The translations under genes were made by a program, and so were the position numbers. The notes under the pieces were generated by a model. That model did no database searches, was not told the DNA's origin, and saw only the letters and a program-made list of their open reading frames with translations. A stretch of 64,000 bases of DNA. Origin: Candidatus Latescibacterota bacterium (GTDB lineage Bacteria > Krumholzibacteriota > Krumholzibacteriia > WVZY01 > JAKEHA01). Each line of letters starts with the position of its first letter. Positions within the stretch are counted from its first letter, which is position 1. The stretch lies in the NCBI GenBank assembly GCA_963707635.1, contig OY970173.1, forward strand, positions 1,696,001-1,760,000. Direction: 5' to 3'. This document shows, one piece after another, positions 12,351-22,104 of this stretch.

Positions 12351-12659
12351 ATGAGCCACGAAGCGGGGCATCACGAAGAACACGCGCAGCACGAGCCGGT
12401 CGGCTACGGCTCGTATTTCCTGACGTGGTTTTCGCTGCTGGCGCTGACCGCCATCACCGTCGCCGCCGCCGGCATGCACTTCGGGAGCATGAGCGTCCTG
12501 GTGGCACTGATCATCGCGGTCATCAAGGCCTCGATCGTCCTCTACCTGTTCATGCACCTCAAGTACGAGGACGCGACGTTCCACCGCCTGTTGTTGATCG
12601 TCATCGTCGCGATGGCGATCTTCATCGGGCTGACTTTTACCGACACGCTCTTCAGGTAG
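12351..12659 (+). CDS. ctaF: Cytochrome c oxidase subunit IV family protein
   Basis: His-rich N-terminus, three TM helices, KA..V...FMHLKYE. Confidence 0.9.
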   Translation: MSHEAGHHEEHAQHEPVGYGSYFLTWFSLLALTAITVAAAGMHFGSMSVLVALIIAVIKASIVLYLFMHLKYEDATFHRLLLIVIVAMAIFIGLTFTDTLFR

Positions 12660-12666
12660 ACGACAC

Positions 12667-13623
12667 ATGCTGAGCCGTCTTTCGAGTAATTCGGACCCCG
12701 TCAACGGCCCGATACTGTTCATTTCCATCGTGTCGCTGGTGATGCTGATCGGCATTACCGCGGTGATGGTCTTCTTTGCACTGCGCTACACGCGCCGCCG
12801 GCGGCCGATCGGCGAGGACGTCCACGGCCACAATCTGCTCGAGATCACGTGGACCATCGTCCCCACCATCCTGGCCTTCGGCTTTTTCTGGTACGGGTGG
12901 GAAGGGTACAAGTTCATGAAGACTCCTCCCGACGACGCGATCCAGGTCAAGGTCACCGGGCGCATGTGGTCGTGGATGCACGAGTACGAGAACGGCGTGC
13001 AGTCGCCCGAGCTCTACGTGCCGGTGAACAAGCCGGTGAAACTCAATCTCTCGTCGCAGGACGTGATTCACAGCTACTACATCCCGGCGTTCAAGGTGAA
13101 GCAGGACGCGGTGGCCGGCGTCCCGAACCTCTTTCTGTGGTTTTCCGCCTACCAAACCGGCGACTACCACGTCTTCTGTGCGGAGTATTGCGGCAACGGT
13201 CACTCGCGCATGATGACCTGGGTGCACGTGGTCACGCAGGAAGAGTTCGACGCGTGGCTCAAGACCGAAGGCGACAAGGTCGCCGAGCTCAAGAAGGCGA
13301 CCGAGTCCGGCGCCGACGCCGGCACGCTCCACATCCTGGGCGAGCAGCTCGCGAAATCGAAGGGGTGCGTTGCCTGCCACAGCGTGGACGGGAGCAAGGT
13401 GATAGGCCCCACCTGGAAGGGCGTGTACGGCACGACCGAGACGGTCGTGACCGCCGGGCAGGAGCGCGCGGTCACGGTTGACGACGAGTACATCAAGCGG
13501 TCGATGCTCGAGCCGACGGCGGACGTGGTGAAGGGCTACCAGCCGTTGATGCCGTCGCAGCAGGGAATGGTCAACGAATCCGAGATCATGGCGCTGACCC
13601 AGTACATCAAGAGCCTGAAATAG
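12667..13623 (+). CDS. ctaC: Cytochrome c oxidase subunit II with fused C-terminal cytochrome c
   Basis: LEITWT, DVIHS, CuA motif CAEYCGNGHSRM, heme site CVACH with distal MP. Confidence 0.96.
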   Translation: MLSRLSSNSDPVNGPILFISIVSLVMLIGITAVMVFFALRYTRRRRPIGEDVHGHNLLEITWTIVPTILAFGFFWYGWEGYKFMKTPPDDAIQVKVTGRMWSWMHEYENGVQSPELYVPVNKPVKLNLSSQDVIHSYYIPAFKVKQDAVAGVPNLFLWFSAYQTGDYHVFCAEYCGNGHSRMMTWVHVVTQEEFDAWLKTEGDKVAELKKATESGADAGTLHILGEQLAKSKGCVACHSVDGSKVIGPTWKGVYGTTETVVTAGQERAVTVDDEYIKRSMLEPTADVVKGYQPLMPSQQGMVNESEIMALTQYIKSLK

Positions 13624-14487
13624 ATGACGGCACGGCATGGCATGAGGCACTGGGCGGGCATCGTGCTCGAGCTGGCGAAGGTCCGCATCGCGATCCTTGC
13701 CACGGCGTCCGCCGCCACCGGCTACCTGCTGGCCGCGCGCGAGTTTTCGCCGGCCATGCTGCCCGCGGTGGCGGGCGTGTTTCTGCTCGCGGCCGGCGCC
13801 GGCGCGCTCAATCAGGTGCAGGAACGCGACATCGATGCGCGGATGCACCGAACCATGCGGCGTCCGATTCCGTCCGGGCGGATCGGCGCGGGCGCCGCGC
13901 TCGCGGTGGCCGTGGCACTCCTGGTCGCGGGCTCGGCCGCGCTGGCGGGGAATTGGGTGGCGGTCGCGCTCGGCGCCGTCACCGTCATCTGGTACAACGG
14001 CGTGTACACGCCGCTGAAGCGCGTGAGCGCGTTCGCGGCGATTCCGGGCGGTGTGGTCGGGGCGATTCCACCGGTCATCGGCTGGGTGGCCGGCGGCGGC
14101 GCACCCGCCGACCCGCGCATCCTCGCGGTGGCATTCTTCTTCTTCGTGTGGCAGGTGCCGCACTTCTGGTTGCTGCTCATGCGCATCGGCGACGACTATG
14201 TGCGCGCCGGGCTGCCGACGCTGACGCGGGTGTTCACCCGGCCCCAGTTCGCGCGCATCATCTACGTGTGGATGATCGCCACCGCGGTGGCGTGCGTGTC
14301 GATGCCGCTTTTCGGCGTGTCGGTCGAAACCTGGGCGTACGCGGGTCTGGCGCTGGCGTCGCTGTGGCTGGGGTGGCACGCGACCGCCATGGTGAGGACC
14401 GACGGACGGGTGCTGGCGTTCCACCACATCAATCTCTATGCGCTGTTCGTGATCTCGCTGCTCTCGTTGAGCGGCCTTGTCGGCTAA
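13624..14487 (+). CDS. ctaB: Protoheme IX farnesyltransferase (heme O synthase)
   Basis: NQ..ERD.D..M.RT..RP.P.G, Y...YT.LKR, WQ.PHF, DY..AG.P. Confidence 0.95.
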   Translation: MTARHGMRHWAGIVLELAKVRIAILATASAATGYLLAAREFSPAMLPAVAGVFLLAAGAGALNQVQERDIDARMHRTMRRPIPSGRIGAGAALAVAVALLVAGSAALAGNWVAVALGAVTVIWYNGVYTPLKRVSAFAAIPGGVVGAIPPVIGWVAGGGAPADPRILAVAFFFFVWQVPHFWLLLMRIGDDYVRAGLPTLTRVFTRPQFARIIYVWMIATAVACVSMPLFGVSVETWAYAGLALASLWLGWHATAMVRTDGRVLAFHHINLYALFVISLLSLSGLVG

Positions 14488-14506
14488 CGCAAGGACCGGA
14501 AGGCAC

Positions 14507-15868
14507 ATGGATTTCTTCAGTCAGCACATCATCCCGTCGTCCGCGGAGCACCTGAAGCTCCTCGAGTTCCTGGCGGTGGTGACGTACGCGATCCATCTGC
14601 CATACATGGCGCTGGTGATCGGCTCCACGGCGGTGGCGATGTGGCTCACGTTTTCGGACCACGAGATACCGAACCCGCGTTTCGCGCGGCTCGCCGAAGA
14701 CCTGATCCAGACCTTCCTCGGCAGCCGGATTCCGATGCTGGTGCTCGGCGTCCTCCCGATGCTGGTGCTCCCGTTCATCTACGCGCAGTGGTTCGTCGGT
14801 TCCGCGCTGGTTCCGCTCAAGTACCTGTTCATTCCGATTCCGGGCGTGATCGTCGGGCTGGTGCTCCTGAACCTCTATCGCGGTTCGTTCACGGAGCGCG
14901 CAACCAACTTCCGGTTGCACATGGGGCTGGGGACGCTGGGGCTGGGGCTGCTCAAGGTGTCGTACCTGATCCTGCTGGCGACGGTGGCGCGTTTCCACGA
15001 CCCGGAGAAATGGTTCCGCATCAAGGACCTTGCCATCCTGCTCTTGAACTGGAATGTCATCTATAAGTTCCTGTTCTTCATCCACCTGGCCTTCGCGGCC
15101 ACGGGGGCGGCGATCCTGTTCTTCCTGTTCCGCTGGTCCAGCCGCGGGCTCTCAGGGGACCCGGACTACGCCGTTTTCGCGCGCCGCTTCGGCGCGGGGC
15201 TGGGGCTGGCGTTCTGCTTCGCGCTGCCGGTGTTCAACCTGCTCTACGTGTTCACCTCGCCCGACGTGGTGTTCGACAATACGGTCTACCTGCTGGCCAC
15301 GGCGCTGACGCTGGTGTGCATGGTCATCGCCTACGCGTTCGTGGCCGCGCTGCGCTCATCGCGGCCTCGATTCGGGGCGACCACGTTCACGCTCTTCATC
15401 GTGGTGTTCGTGCTCTCCAGTACCTTCGACCTGCGCGCGATGGCGAACGCGAATCGCGAACACGCCCGCCTGCTGGGGCAGGCCGCCGAGAAGAAGAAGC
15501 TCGAGCGCGAGGCGCAGATCGAGCAGGCCATCGCGGCCGCGTCGGGCAAGAACCTGGGCGAGGAAACCTTCAACACGGTGTGCATGCAGTGCCACCGCAT
15601 GAACGAGAAACTGGTGGGACCGCCGCTGGCGAGTGTGCTGCCCAAGTACAACCTCGAATCGCTCAAGGCGTTCATCGCGAATCCAACCAAGAAGGATCCG
15701 GCCTACCCGCCGATGCCGAATCCGGGGCTCACGCCCGCCCAGATCGAAGCCGTCGCTGCCTACGAGCTGCAGCACCTGGCCGAGCAGACGGGCGGGCAGC
15801 CGCCGTCCGAACCCGGCGCGCAAACGCCGACCCAGACCGAGGTGCCAAGTGGCCAAACGAGTCATTAA
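14507..15868 (+). CDS. Polytopic membrane protein (CydA-like features) fused to a C-terminal monoheme cytochrome c
   Basis: About 8-9 hydrophobic helices, His in helix 1 (YAIHLPYMALVIG), coiled linker, CMQCH...VGP...PPMP class I cytochrome c. Confidence 0.8.
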   Translation: MDFFSQHIIPSSAEHLKLLEFLAVVTYAIHLPYMALVIGSTAVAMWLTFSDHEIPNPRFARLAEDLIQTFLGSRIPMLVLGVLPMLVLPFIYAQWFVGSALVPLKYLFIPIPGVIVGLVLLNLYRGSFTERATNFRLHMGLGTLGLGLLKVSYLILLATVARFHDPEKWFRIKDLAILLLNWNVIYKFLFFIHLAFAATGAAILFFLFRWSSRGLSGDPDYAVFARRFGAGLGLAFCFALPVFNLLYVFTSPDVVFDNTVYLLATALTLVCMVIAYAFVAALRSSRPRFGATTFTLFIVVFVLSSTFDLRAMANANREHARLLGQAAEKKKLEREAQIEQAIAAASGKNLGEETFNTVCMQCHRMNEKLVGPPLASVLPKYNLESLKAFIANPTKKDPAYPPMPNPGLTPAQIEAVAAYELQHLAEQTGGQPPSEPGAQTPTQTEVPSGQTSH

Positions 15869-16367
15869 CGCCGCGATCTTCGGTTACTTCGCGCTGTTCA
15901 TGGCGTTGACCCTGCTGCTGGGGTTCCGGTGGAATGTCCAGCGCAAGGCGCCCGACCAGCCCATCGCGTTCAGCCACGAGATCCACGTCGGCAAGCTGAA
16001 CCTGCAATGCCTGTTCTGCCACGACATGGCGGACAAGTCGACCTTCGCGGGCATCCCCAGCGTGCAGAAGTGCATGGACTGCCACGTGGCCGTGCGTACC
16101 GATCGTCCGGAGATCCAGAAACTCACCAAGTACTGGAACGACAAGGAGCCGGTGCCCTGGAACCGCGTGCACCGGATCCGGATTCGCAACCACGTTTATT
16201 TTTCGCACAAGCGCCACGTGAAGGCGGGCGTGCAGTGTGAGCAGTGCCACGGCCAGCTGGCGGCCATGGCGAAGGTGCGCGCGGTCAGCTCGCTCAAGAT
16301 GGGCTGGTGCGCCTCGTGCCACGAAGCCAACCACGCGCCGACCGACTGCACGATCTGCCACCGCTAG
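15849..16367 (+). CDS. actA: Alternative complex III pentaheme cytochrome c subunit
   Basis: GTG start with GAGG; one TM helix; QPIAFSH..H; five CxxCH (CLFCH, CMDCH, CEQCH, CASCH, CTICH); MGWC. Confidence 0.92.
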   Translation: MAKRVINAAIFGYFALFMALTLLLGFRWNVQRKAPDQPIAFSHEIHVGKLNLQCLFCHDMADKSTFAGIPSVQKCMDCHVAVRTDRPEIQKLTKYWNDKEPVPWNRVHRIRIRNHVYFSHKRHVKAGVQCEQCHGQLAAMAKVRAVSSLKMGWCASCHEANHAPTDCTICHR

Positions 16368-16384
16368 CGGAGAACGGAGAGACG

Positions 16385-19222
16385 ATGGACAGGCGAGAAT
16401 TTCTGGGTTGGCTGGGGGTCGCGTCGGGCGCCTCGCTGCTCGCCAGTTGCGATCTTACCCGCAAGTCGGAAAAGATCATTCCGTATCTCGTTCCCCCCGA
16501 GGACGGCGTCATTCCCGGCGAGGCGACCTTCGTCGCGACCTCGTGCAACGAGTGCCCGGCCAGCTGCGGCGTCAGCGCGCGCATCCGCGACGCCCGCCCC
16601 GTCAAGGTCGACGGTCTGGCGGGCCACCCGGTGAACGACGGCGCGCTGTGCATCCGCGGGCAGGCGGCGCTCAACCGCATGTATCACACCGGCCGCATCC
16701 GCCAGCCGCTCATGCAGGACGGCGCCGGCAACCTGGTCCCCGCGACCTGGAACCAGGTGCTGGCGAAGACGGCGCAGGCCTTGAAGCAAACCGGGAAGGA
16801 ACACGTCGTTCTCTCCGGCCGCACGTCGGGCTCGCTGAGCGCGCTCATGGATGAGTTCGCGCTTCGCACCGGAGTCCGGAGGCTGCCCGAGTTCGAGCTG
16901 TTCTCCTACGCGGCGATTCGCGAGGCCAACCGCTCGCTGTTCGACCGCGCCGTGGTTCCCGCCACGCACCCCGACCGCGCGGACCTCATGATCACCGTGG
17001 GCGCCGACGTGATCGAGACCCACGGCAACCCGGTGGCGTTCTCGACCGCGCTTTCGAAGCGCCACGACGCGCCGGGTGAGTTCGTGTGGTACCACCTGGA
17101 GCCGCACGCGTCGATGAGCGGCTTCAAGGCGACGCATCGTCTGGCGCTGAAGCCCGGCACCGAGGCCCACGTGCTGGCGTTCCTGCTGCACGCGCTCTCG
17201 GAGAAGCGCTCGTTCTCCGGCCGCATCGCGGCGCACGTGCAGGCGGTGCCCGTGGTCACGGCCGAGCGCGCGTCGGAGGTCTCCGGAATCCCGCGCGAGA
17301 CCCTGGACGAACTCGCCGCCGCGCTGGTGTCGGCGCGTTCGCCGCTGTTGATCGCCGGCGGCGTGTCGACCGCGCAGGAGAGCGGGCTCGACGTGGCGCG
17401 CCTGGCGGCGCTCGTGCAGGCGGCGTGCGGCATGCACGGCAGCACCATCGACCTGGCCGCCGCCACCGACTATTCGCGCGTGGGTTCGATGGCCGACGTC
17501 GACCGGTTCGCGAGCCGTCTGGACGCGGAACAGGTCGGCACGGTGATTCTCTTCGGCGTGGACCCGGTGTCGCAGCTCCCCGACGGCGAGAAGTTTGCCT
17601 CCTCTCTCGACCGCGCCGCCTTCCTGGTCGGCGTCGGCACCATGCTCACACCGACGCTCGAACGCTGCGACGTCGTGCTGCCGCTGTCGCACTCGCTGGA
17701 GTCGTGGGGCGACGCCGAGCCGGCGGCCGGCGTCGTGAACGCGATCCAGCCCGCGATCGCCCCGCTGTTCGACACGCTCTCCGAGGGCGACATCCTGCTG
17801 CGCATCCTGGCCGAGTGGGCGGGGACGCCGCCCGCGGCCTACCAGCAGTACGTGCTCGACCGCTGGACGCGCGACTACGGCGCGGGCGTGGCGCAGGCGC
17901 TGGTGACGAACGGGTTCGCGGCGGTGCCGGTGAAGACGGCGGCCGGAGCCACGCTCCGCGACCCCGACCACCGCTACACGTTCGACGCCGCGGGCGCAAT
18001 CGCCGGCCCCGTGCTGGTGGTGGCGCCGTCGGTGCGCTGGTACGACGGACGCAGCCGCGTGCTCGACCTGCTCAATGAGATCCCGGACCCACTCTCCGCG
18101 GTGTCGTGGGGCGACTGGGTCTCGGTCGGCCTCGAGACCGCGTCGGCGCTGGGGGTCGGGGACCAGGATGAGCTCGACTTCCGGGTCGGGACGTGGTCGG
18201 GGCGGTTGACCGTGCGCCGGCAGCCGGGCCTGGCGCGCGACGTGTTCGTGGTGCAGCGCGGAGTGGCGACGCCGGCGGCGGGCTGGTCGCGCACCGGCGG
18301 CGAAGCGAACGCGGTGATCGGCGACGTGTCGGTGTCGCGCGCGGGGACGCGCAAGCCGGTCGCCATCCTCTCGGGGTCGCTCACCGACCAGGGGCGCGGC
18401 ATGGTGCCCGGCAGCCACCCCAAACACTTCGGCGCGCACCCGCGCCGGATGGAAGAACTGGAAGCGCATCCGCCCGCACGCGAAGACATCACCTTCTACC
18501 CGGTGCCGAAGTACCCGAACTACCGCTGGGCGATGGCCATCGACATGGAGAAGTGCGTCGGGTGTTCCGCGTGCGTGGCCGCGTGCTACATCGAGAACAA
18601 CGTGCCCATGACCGGGCAGCAGCAGCACATTCGCGGGCGCGAGATGTCGTGGATCCGCCTGGAGCAGTACTACGCGGAAGACGGGTCGAGCGGCGACTTC
18701 GTGCCCACGATGTGCCAGCACTGCGACTTCGCGCCGTGCGAGCCGGTCTGCCCGGTGTACGCCACCTACCACAACGACGAGGGCCTGAACGTGCAGGTCT
18801 ACAACCGCTGCGTGGGAACGCGCTACTGCATGAACAACTGTTCGTACAAGCAGCGGCGCTTCAACTTCTTCTCTTACGAGCACCGGCCGCACCCGCTCAA
18901 CCTGATGACCAACCCCGACGTGTCCATGCGCGGCAAGGGCATGATGGAGAAGTGCACGTTCTGCGTGCAGCGCATCCGCAAGGCGCGCGACGTGGCGAAG
19001 GACGAGCAGCGCGGGATCCAGGAGGGCGACGTGGTGCCGGCGTGCGCGCAGGCGTGCCCGGGCAAGGCGATCGTGTTCGGCAACCTGCTCGACTCGAACT
19101 CCGAAGTCCATCGGTGGGCGCACGACGCGCGCTCCACGCGCTTGCTCGAAGAGCTCGGCACCAGCCCGGGCGTCTTCTACCTCAAAAATGGAAATCCTAA
19201 GGGGAATCGCCATGGCGCATAG
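16385..19222 (+). CDS. actB: Alternative complex III subunit B (molybdopterin-oxidoreductase-like domain fused to Fe-S domain)
   Basis: Tat signal DRREFL with lipobox LASC; C-terminal CVGCSACVAAC, CQHC..APCEPVCP, CVGTRYC..NC, EKCTFC...CAQACP. Confidence 0.93.
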   Translation: MDRREFLGWLGVASGASLLASCDLTRKSEKIIPYLVPPEDGVIPGEATFVATSCNECPASCGVSARIRDARPVKVDGLAGHPVNDGALCIRGQAALNRMYHTGRIRQPLMQDGAGNLVPATWNQVLAKTAQALKQTGKEHVVLSGRTSGSLSALMDEFALRTGVRRLPEFELFSYAAIREANRSLFDRAVVPATHPDRADLMITVGADVIETHGNPVAFSTALSKRHDAPGEFVWYHLEPHASMSGFKATHRLALKPGTEAHVLAFLLHALSEKRSFSGRIAAHVQAVPVVTAERASEVSGIPRETLDELAAALVSARSPLLIAGGVSTAQESGLDVARLAALVQAACGMHGSTIDLAAATDYSRVGSMADVDRFASRLDAEQVGTVILFGVDPVSQLPDGEKFASSLDRAAFLVGVGTMLTPTLERCDVVLPLSHSLESWGDAEPAAGVVNAIQPAIAPLFDTLSEGDILLRILAEWAGTPPAAYQQYVLDRWTRDYGAGVAQALVTNGFAAVPVKTAAGATLRDPDHRYTFDAAGAIAGPVLVVAPSVRWYDGRSRVLDLLNEIPDPLSAVSWGDWVSVGLETASALGVGDQDELDFRVGTWSGRLTVRRQPGLARDVFVVQRGVATPAAGWSRTGGEANAVIGDVSVSRAGTRKPVAILSGSLTDQGRGMVPGSHPKHFGAHPRRMEELEAHPPAREDITFYPVPKYPNYRWAMAIDMEKCVGCSACVAACYIENNVPMTGQQQHIRGREMSWIRLEQYYAEDGSSGDFVPTMCQHCDFAPCEPVCPVYATYHNDEGLNVQVYNRCVGTRYCMNNCSYKQRRFNFFSYEHRPHPLNLMTNPDVSMRGKGMMEKCTFCVQRIRKARDVAKDEQRGIQEGDVVPACAQACPGKAIVFGNLLDSNSEVHRWAHDARSTRLLEELGTSPGVFYLKNGNPKGNRHGA

Positions 19223-20552
19223 CGGTGAGGTGGCGATGGGCGGGACCAGGCACCCCGCGTCCGAGGCGCGCCTGCAGATCGAGCGCGACATCATCCAGGC
19301 CATGCAGAAGCCCGGGCTCGTGTACTGGGGGCTGGTCGGGCTGTTCGCGACCGGTTTCGGCGTCTTCCTGCTGGGCGCCTGGGCGATGCAGATCTACAAG
19401 GGAATCGGCCTCGGCGGACAGCTGAACCCGGTCGGGTGGGGCATCTACATCGTCAACTTCGTGTTCTGGGTCGGGATCGCGCACTCGGGGACGCTGATCT
19501 CGGCGGTGCTGTTCCTGTTCCGCTCCAAGTTCCGCGCGAGCTTCAACCGCGCCGCCGAGGCGATGACGGTGATCGCCGTGATGTGCGCGGGGATGTACCC
19601 GCTGATCCACCTGGGGCGCGTCTGGTACTTCTTCTGGCTGCTGCCGTACCCGAACCAGCGCATGCTGTGGACGAATTTCAAGTCCCCGCTGGAGTGGGAC
19701 GTCTTCGCGATCAGCACCTACCTGACGATCAGCGTCGTCTTCTTCTACGTGGGGCTGATCCCGGACTTCGCCATCGTCAAGCGCTACACGCGCGGGGTGA
19801 GCCGCCACGTGTACAGCGCGCTCTCGCTCGGCTGGCTCGGGACCAAGGAGCAGTGGCGCAACTACAACATGCTCTACGCCCTGCTGGCCGGGTTCGCGAC
19901 CCCGCTGGTGCTCTCCGTGCACTCGGTCGTGTCCTGGGATTTCGCCATGGGGCTGGTGCCGGGGTGGCACACCACCATCTTCGCGCCCTACTTCGTGGCC
20001 GGCGCCATCTTCTCGGGCTGCGCCATGGTGTTGACGCTGTGCATCCCGATGCGCAAGATCCAGAAGCTCGAACGCGTCATGCCCATCGAACACTTCGAGA
20101 AACTCGCGAAGACGATGCTGTTCACGTCGATGATCGTCGGCTACGCGTACATCGTCGAATTCATCCTGGCCTACTACAGCGGCAACGTCTACGAGTTCGG
20201 CATCTTCCGGGACCGCGCGCTGGGGCACTACAAGTGGCAGTACTGGGGCATGGTGTTCTGCAACGTGATCGTCCCGCTGCCGCTGTTCATCAAGAAGCTG
20301 CGGCGCAGCCTCGCGTACCTGTTCGTCACGTCGATCTTCGTCAATATCGGCATGTGGCTCGAGCGCTTCGTGATCATCATCGGGTCGCTGGCTCATGAGT
20401 ACACTCCCTACGCGTGGGGCAACTACAAGCCGCGGCCGGTGGAGATCAGCATCACCATCGGGACCTTCTGTTTCTTCTTCATGATGTTTCTCCTGTTCGC
20501 GAAGTTCATGCCGGTGGTGGCGATTACGGAGAAGAAGGAGGAAGTGCATTGA
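19212..20552 (+). CDS. actC: Alternative complex III NrfD/PsrC-type membrane subunit
   Basis: FVFWVGIAHSGTLISA, IHLGR, NFKSPL.WD, LVLSVHSVVS.DFA, GMW.ERF. Confidence 0.95.
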   Translation: MAHSGEVAMGGTRHPASEARLQIERDIIQAMQKPGLVYWGLVGLFATGFGVFLLGAWAMQIYKGIGLGGQLNPVGWGIYIVNFVFWVGIAHSGTLISAVLFLFRSKFRASFNRAAEAMTVIAVMCAGMYPLIHLGRVWYFFWLLPYPNQRMLWTNFKSPLEWDVFAISTYLTISVVFFYVGLIPDFAIVKRYTRGVSRHVYSALSLGWLGTKEQWRNYNMLYALLAGFATPLVLSVHSVVSWDFAMGLVPGWHTTIFAPYFVAGAIFSGCAMVLTLCIPMRKIQKLERVMPIEHFEKLAKTMLFTSMIVGYAYIVEFILAYYSGNVYEFGIFRDRALGHYKWQYWGMVFCNVIVPLPLFIKKLRRSLAYLFVTSIFVNIGMWLERFVIIIGSLAHEYTPYAWGNYKPRPVEISITIGTFCFFFMMFLLFAKFMPVVAITEKKEEVH

Positions 20553-20977
20553 GCGAGCGAATGGTGTTCGAGAGCGAGCACGACTTCCTGCACAAGCTCG
20601 AGGAGCTGGTGAAGAACGGCGTCAAGCCGCGCGACATCGAGACGCGGGCGCCCCACCCGGTGCACCGGGCCGAGGAAATCCTCGGCGTCCGTCCCAGCCA
20701 CGTCCGCCTGTTCGTGCTGATCGGCGGGCTGACCGGGGCGACGACCGGGTACCTGTTCACCTCGCTGACCGCGCTGTCGTGGGTGCTGCCGGTGGGCAAC
20801 AAGCCCATCGTGGGCATCCCGCCGTTCACCGTGATTGCGTTCGAGTTGACCGTGCTCTTCGGGGGGCTGTCGGCGTTTCTGGGCTTCCTGGTCACCTCGC
20901 GCATGCCGGCCGTGCGCACCATCATTTCGAACGACGAGTTCAAGGATAGTTTCGAGATCCGCGTGAAGAAAGGCTGA
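20549..20977 (+). CDS. actD: Alternative complex III subunit D (DUF3341)
   Basis: TTG overlapping the actC stop, AAGGAGG RBS; P.PVH, VG.KP, FELTVLF. Confidence 0.88.
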   Translation: MSERMVFESEHDFLHKLEELVKNGVKPRDIETRAPHPVHRAEEILGVRPSHVRLFVLIGGLTGATTGYLFTSLTALSWVLPVGNKPIVGIPPFTVIAFELTVLFGGLSAFLGFLVTSRMPAVRTIISNDEFKDSFEIRVKKG

Positions 20978-20979
20978 CC

Positions 20980-22059
20980 ATGGGGATCCGGTTGAAGGGC
21001 ACGAGCTGGTTGATCGCGTGCGTGGCGGTGGCGGGTATCGCCTTCGTGGCCGAGCGGCTGCTCGAGCCGGGCGCGGGGGGATCGCTGCTCATTACCATGG
21101 CGCTGTTCCTCGGGCTGGCGGAGGGCGCGACCGTGCTGATGGCGGGCGCGGAGATTTCCGACGGCCACTGGCACCGTCCGCTCCTGCCGCGGGTGGCGGC
21201 GCTGCACACGATCATCCCGGCGGTGGCGCTGCTCTTCGTGGTGAACATCCCGCAGACGACCATGTACCCGTGGGCCGCGCACGAGGGCGCGTGGCTCAAC
21301 CGCAATTTCTTCGTCGCCCGCCACCTGGTGCTCATGCTGCTCGCCTTTGCGATCGCCCGCAAGTTCGTCACCGAGGCGCTGCGCGGCTCGCGCACGTCGC
21401 GCTTCTGGGGCGTGATTCTCGTCATCGTGTTCATGGCGCAGCTCTCCATGGTCGGCATCGAGTGGTTCATGTCGATCGAGCAGCCCTGGTTCAGCACCCT
21501 CTTCGGGGCGTTCGTCGCGGTGAGCGCGTTCCTGGCCGGGATCTGCACCTGCGCGCTGATCGTGCTGGGGTGGCGCAAGCGAACCGACGCCCCGGCGAAG
21601 CTGGTGCAGAAGTCGCTCGGCGGGCTCATGTTCGGGTTCGCGACCTTCTGGGCGTATTTCTACTTCTCGCAACTGATCGTGATCTGGTACGGGAACATCC
21701 CCGAGGAGACGATGTACCTGGCGAAGCGCATCGGCTACCACACGCCCTACTGGCTGGCCGCGCGGCTCATTTTCGCCATGGTGTGGGGGATCCCGTTTGC
21801 GGTGCTGCTGAGCCGGAAGAACAAGACCCGGCCCTTCGTCACCTCCGCGCTCGCCCTGTGCGTCTTGAGCGGCATCACGCTCCAGTTCTGGCTGATGCTG
21901 GTGCCGGTGGTTCCGGTCAGCATCCCGCTGCTCCTGATCGAGATGGGGCTGATGGCGCTGCTGACGGCGAGCGTGGTGCGGTCCTACGACACGCTGCTGC
22001 GGGTGCCGGCCGAGGCGGCCGAGGGGCGTCTGGCCATGGAGTCGCACGGCAGCGCCTGA
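20980..22059 (+). CDS. actF: Alternative complex III subunit F-like membrane protein
   Basis: WLN..FF..R, W.MS....WFSTLFG, FWAYFYFSQL.VIWYGNIPEE. Confidence 0.9.
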   Translation: MGIRLKGTSWLIACVAVAGIAFVAERLLEPGAGGSLLITMALFLGLAEGATVLMAGAEISDGHWHRPLLPRVAALHTIIPAVALLFVVNIPQTTMYPWAAHEGAWLNRNFFVARHLVLMLLAFAIARKFVTEALRGSRTSRFWGVILVIVFMAQLSMVGIEWFMSIEQPWFSTLFGAFVAVSAFLAGICTCALIVLGWRKRTDAPAKLVQKSLGGLMFGFATFWAYFYFSQLIVIWYGNIPEETMYLAKRIGYHTPYWLAARLIFAMVWGIPFAVLLSRKNKTRPFVTSALALCVLSGITLQFWLMLVPVVPVSIPLLLIEMGLMALLTASVVRSYDTLLRVPAEAAEGRLAMESHGSA

Positions 22060-22104
22060 CCCGGGCGAGGGCGCGGGGCGGGTCCGGGGCCTCCGGATTG
22101 GGCC

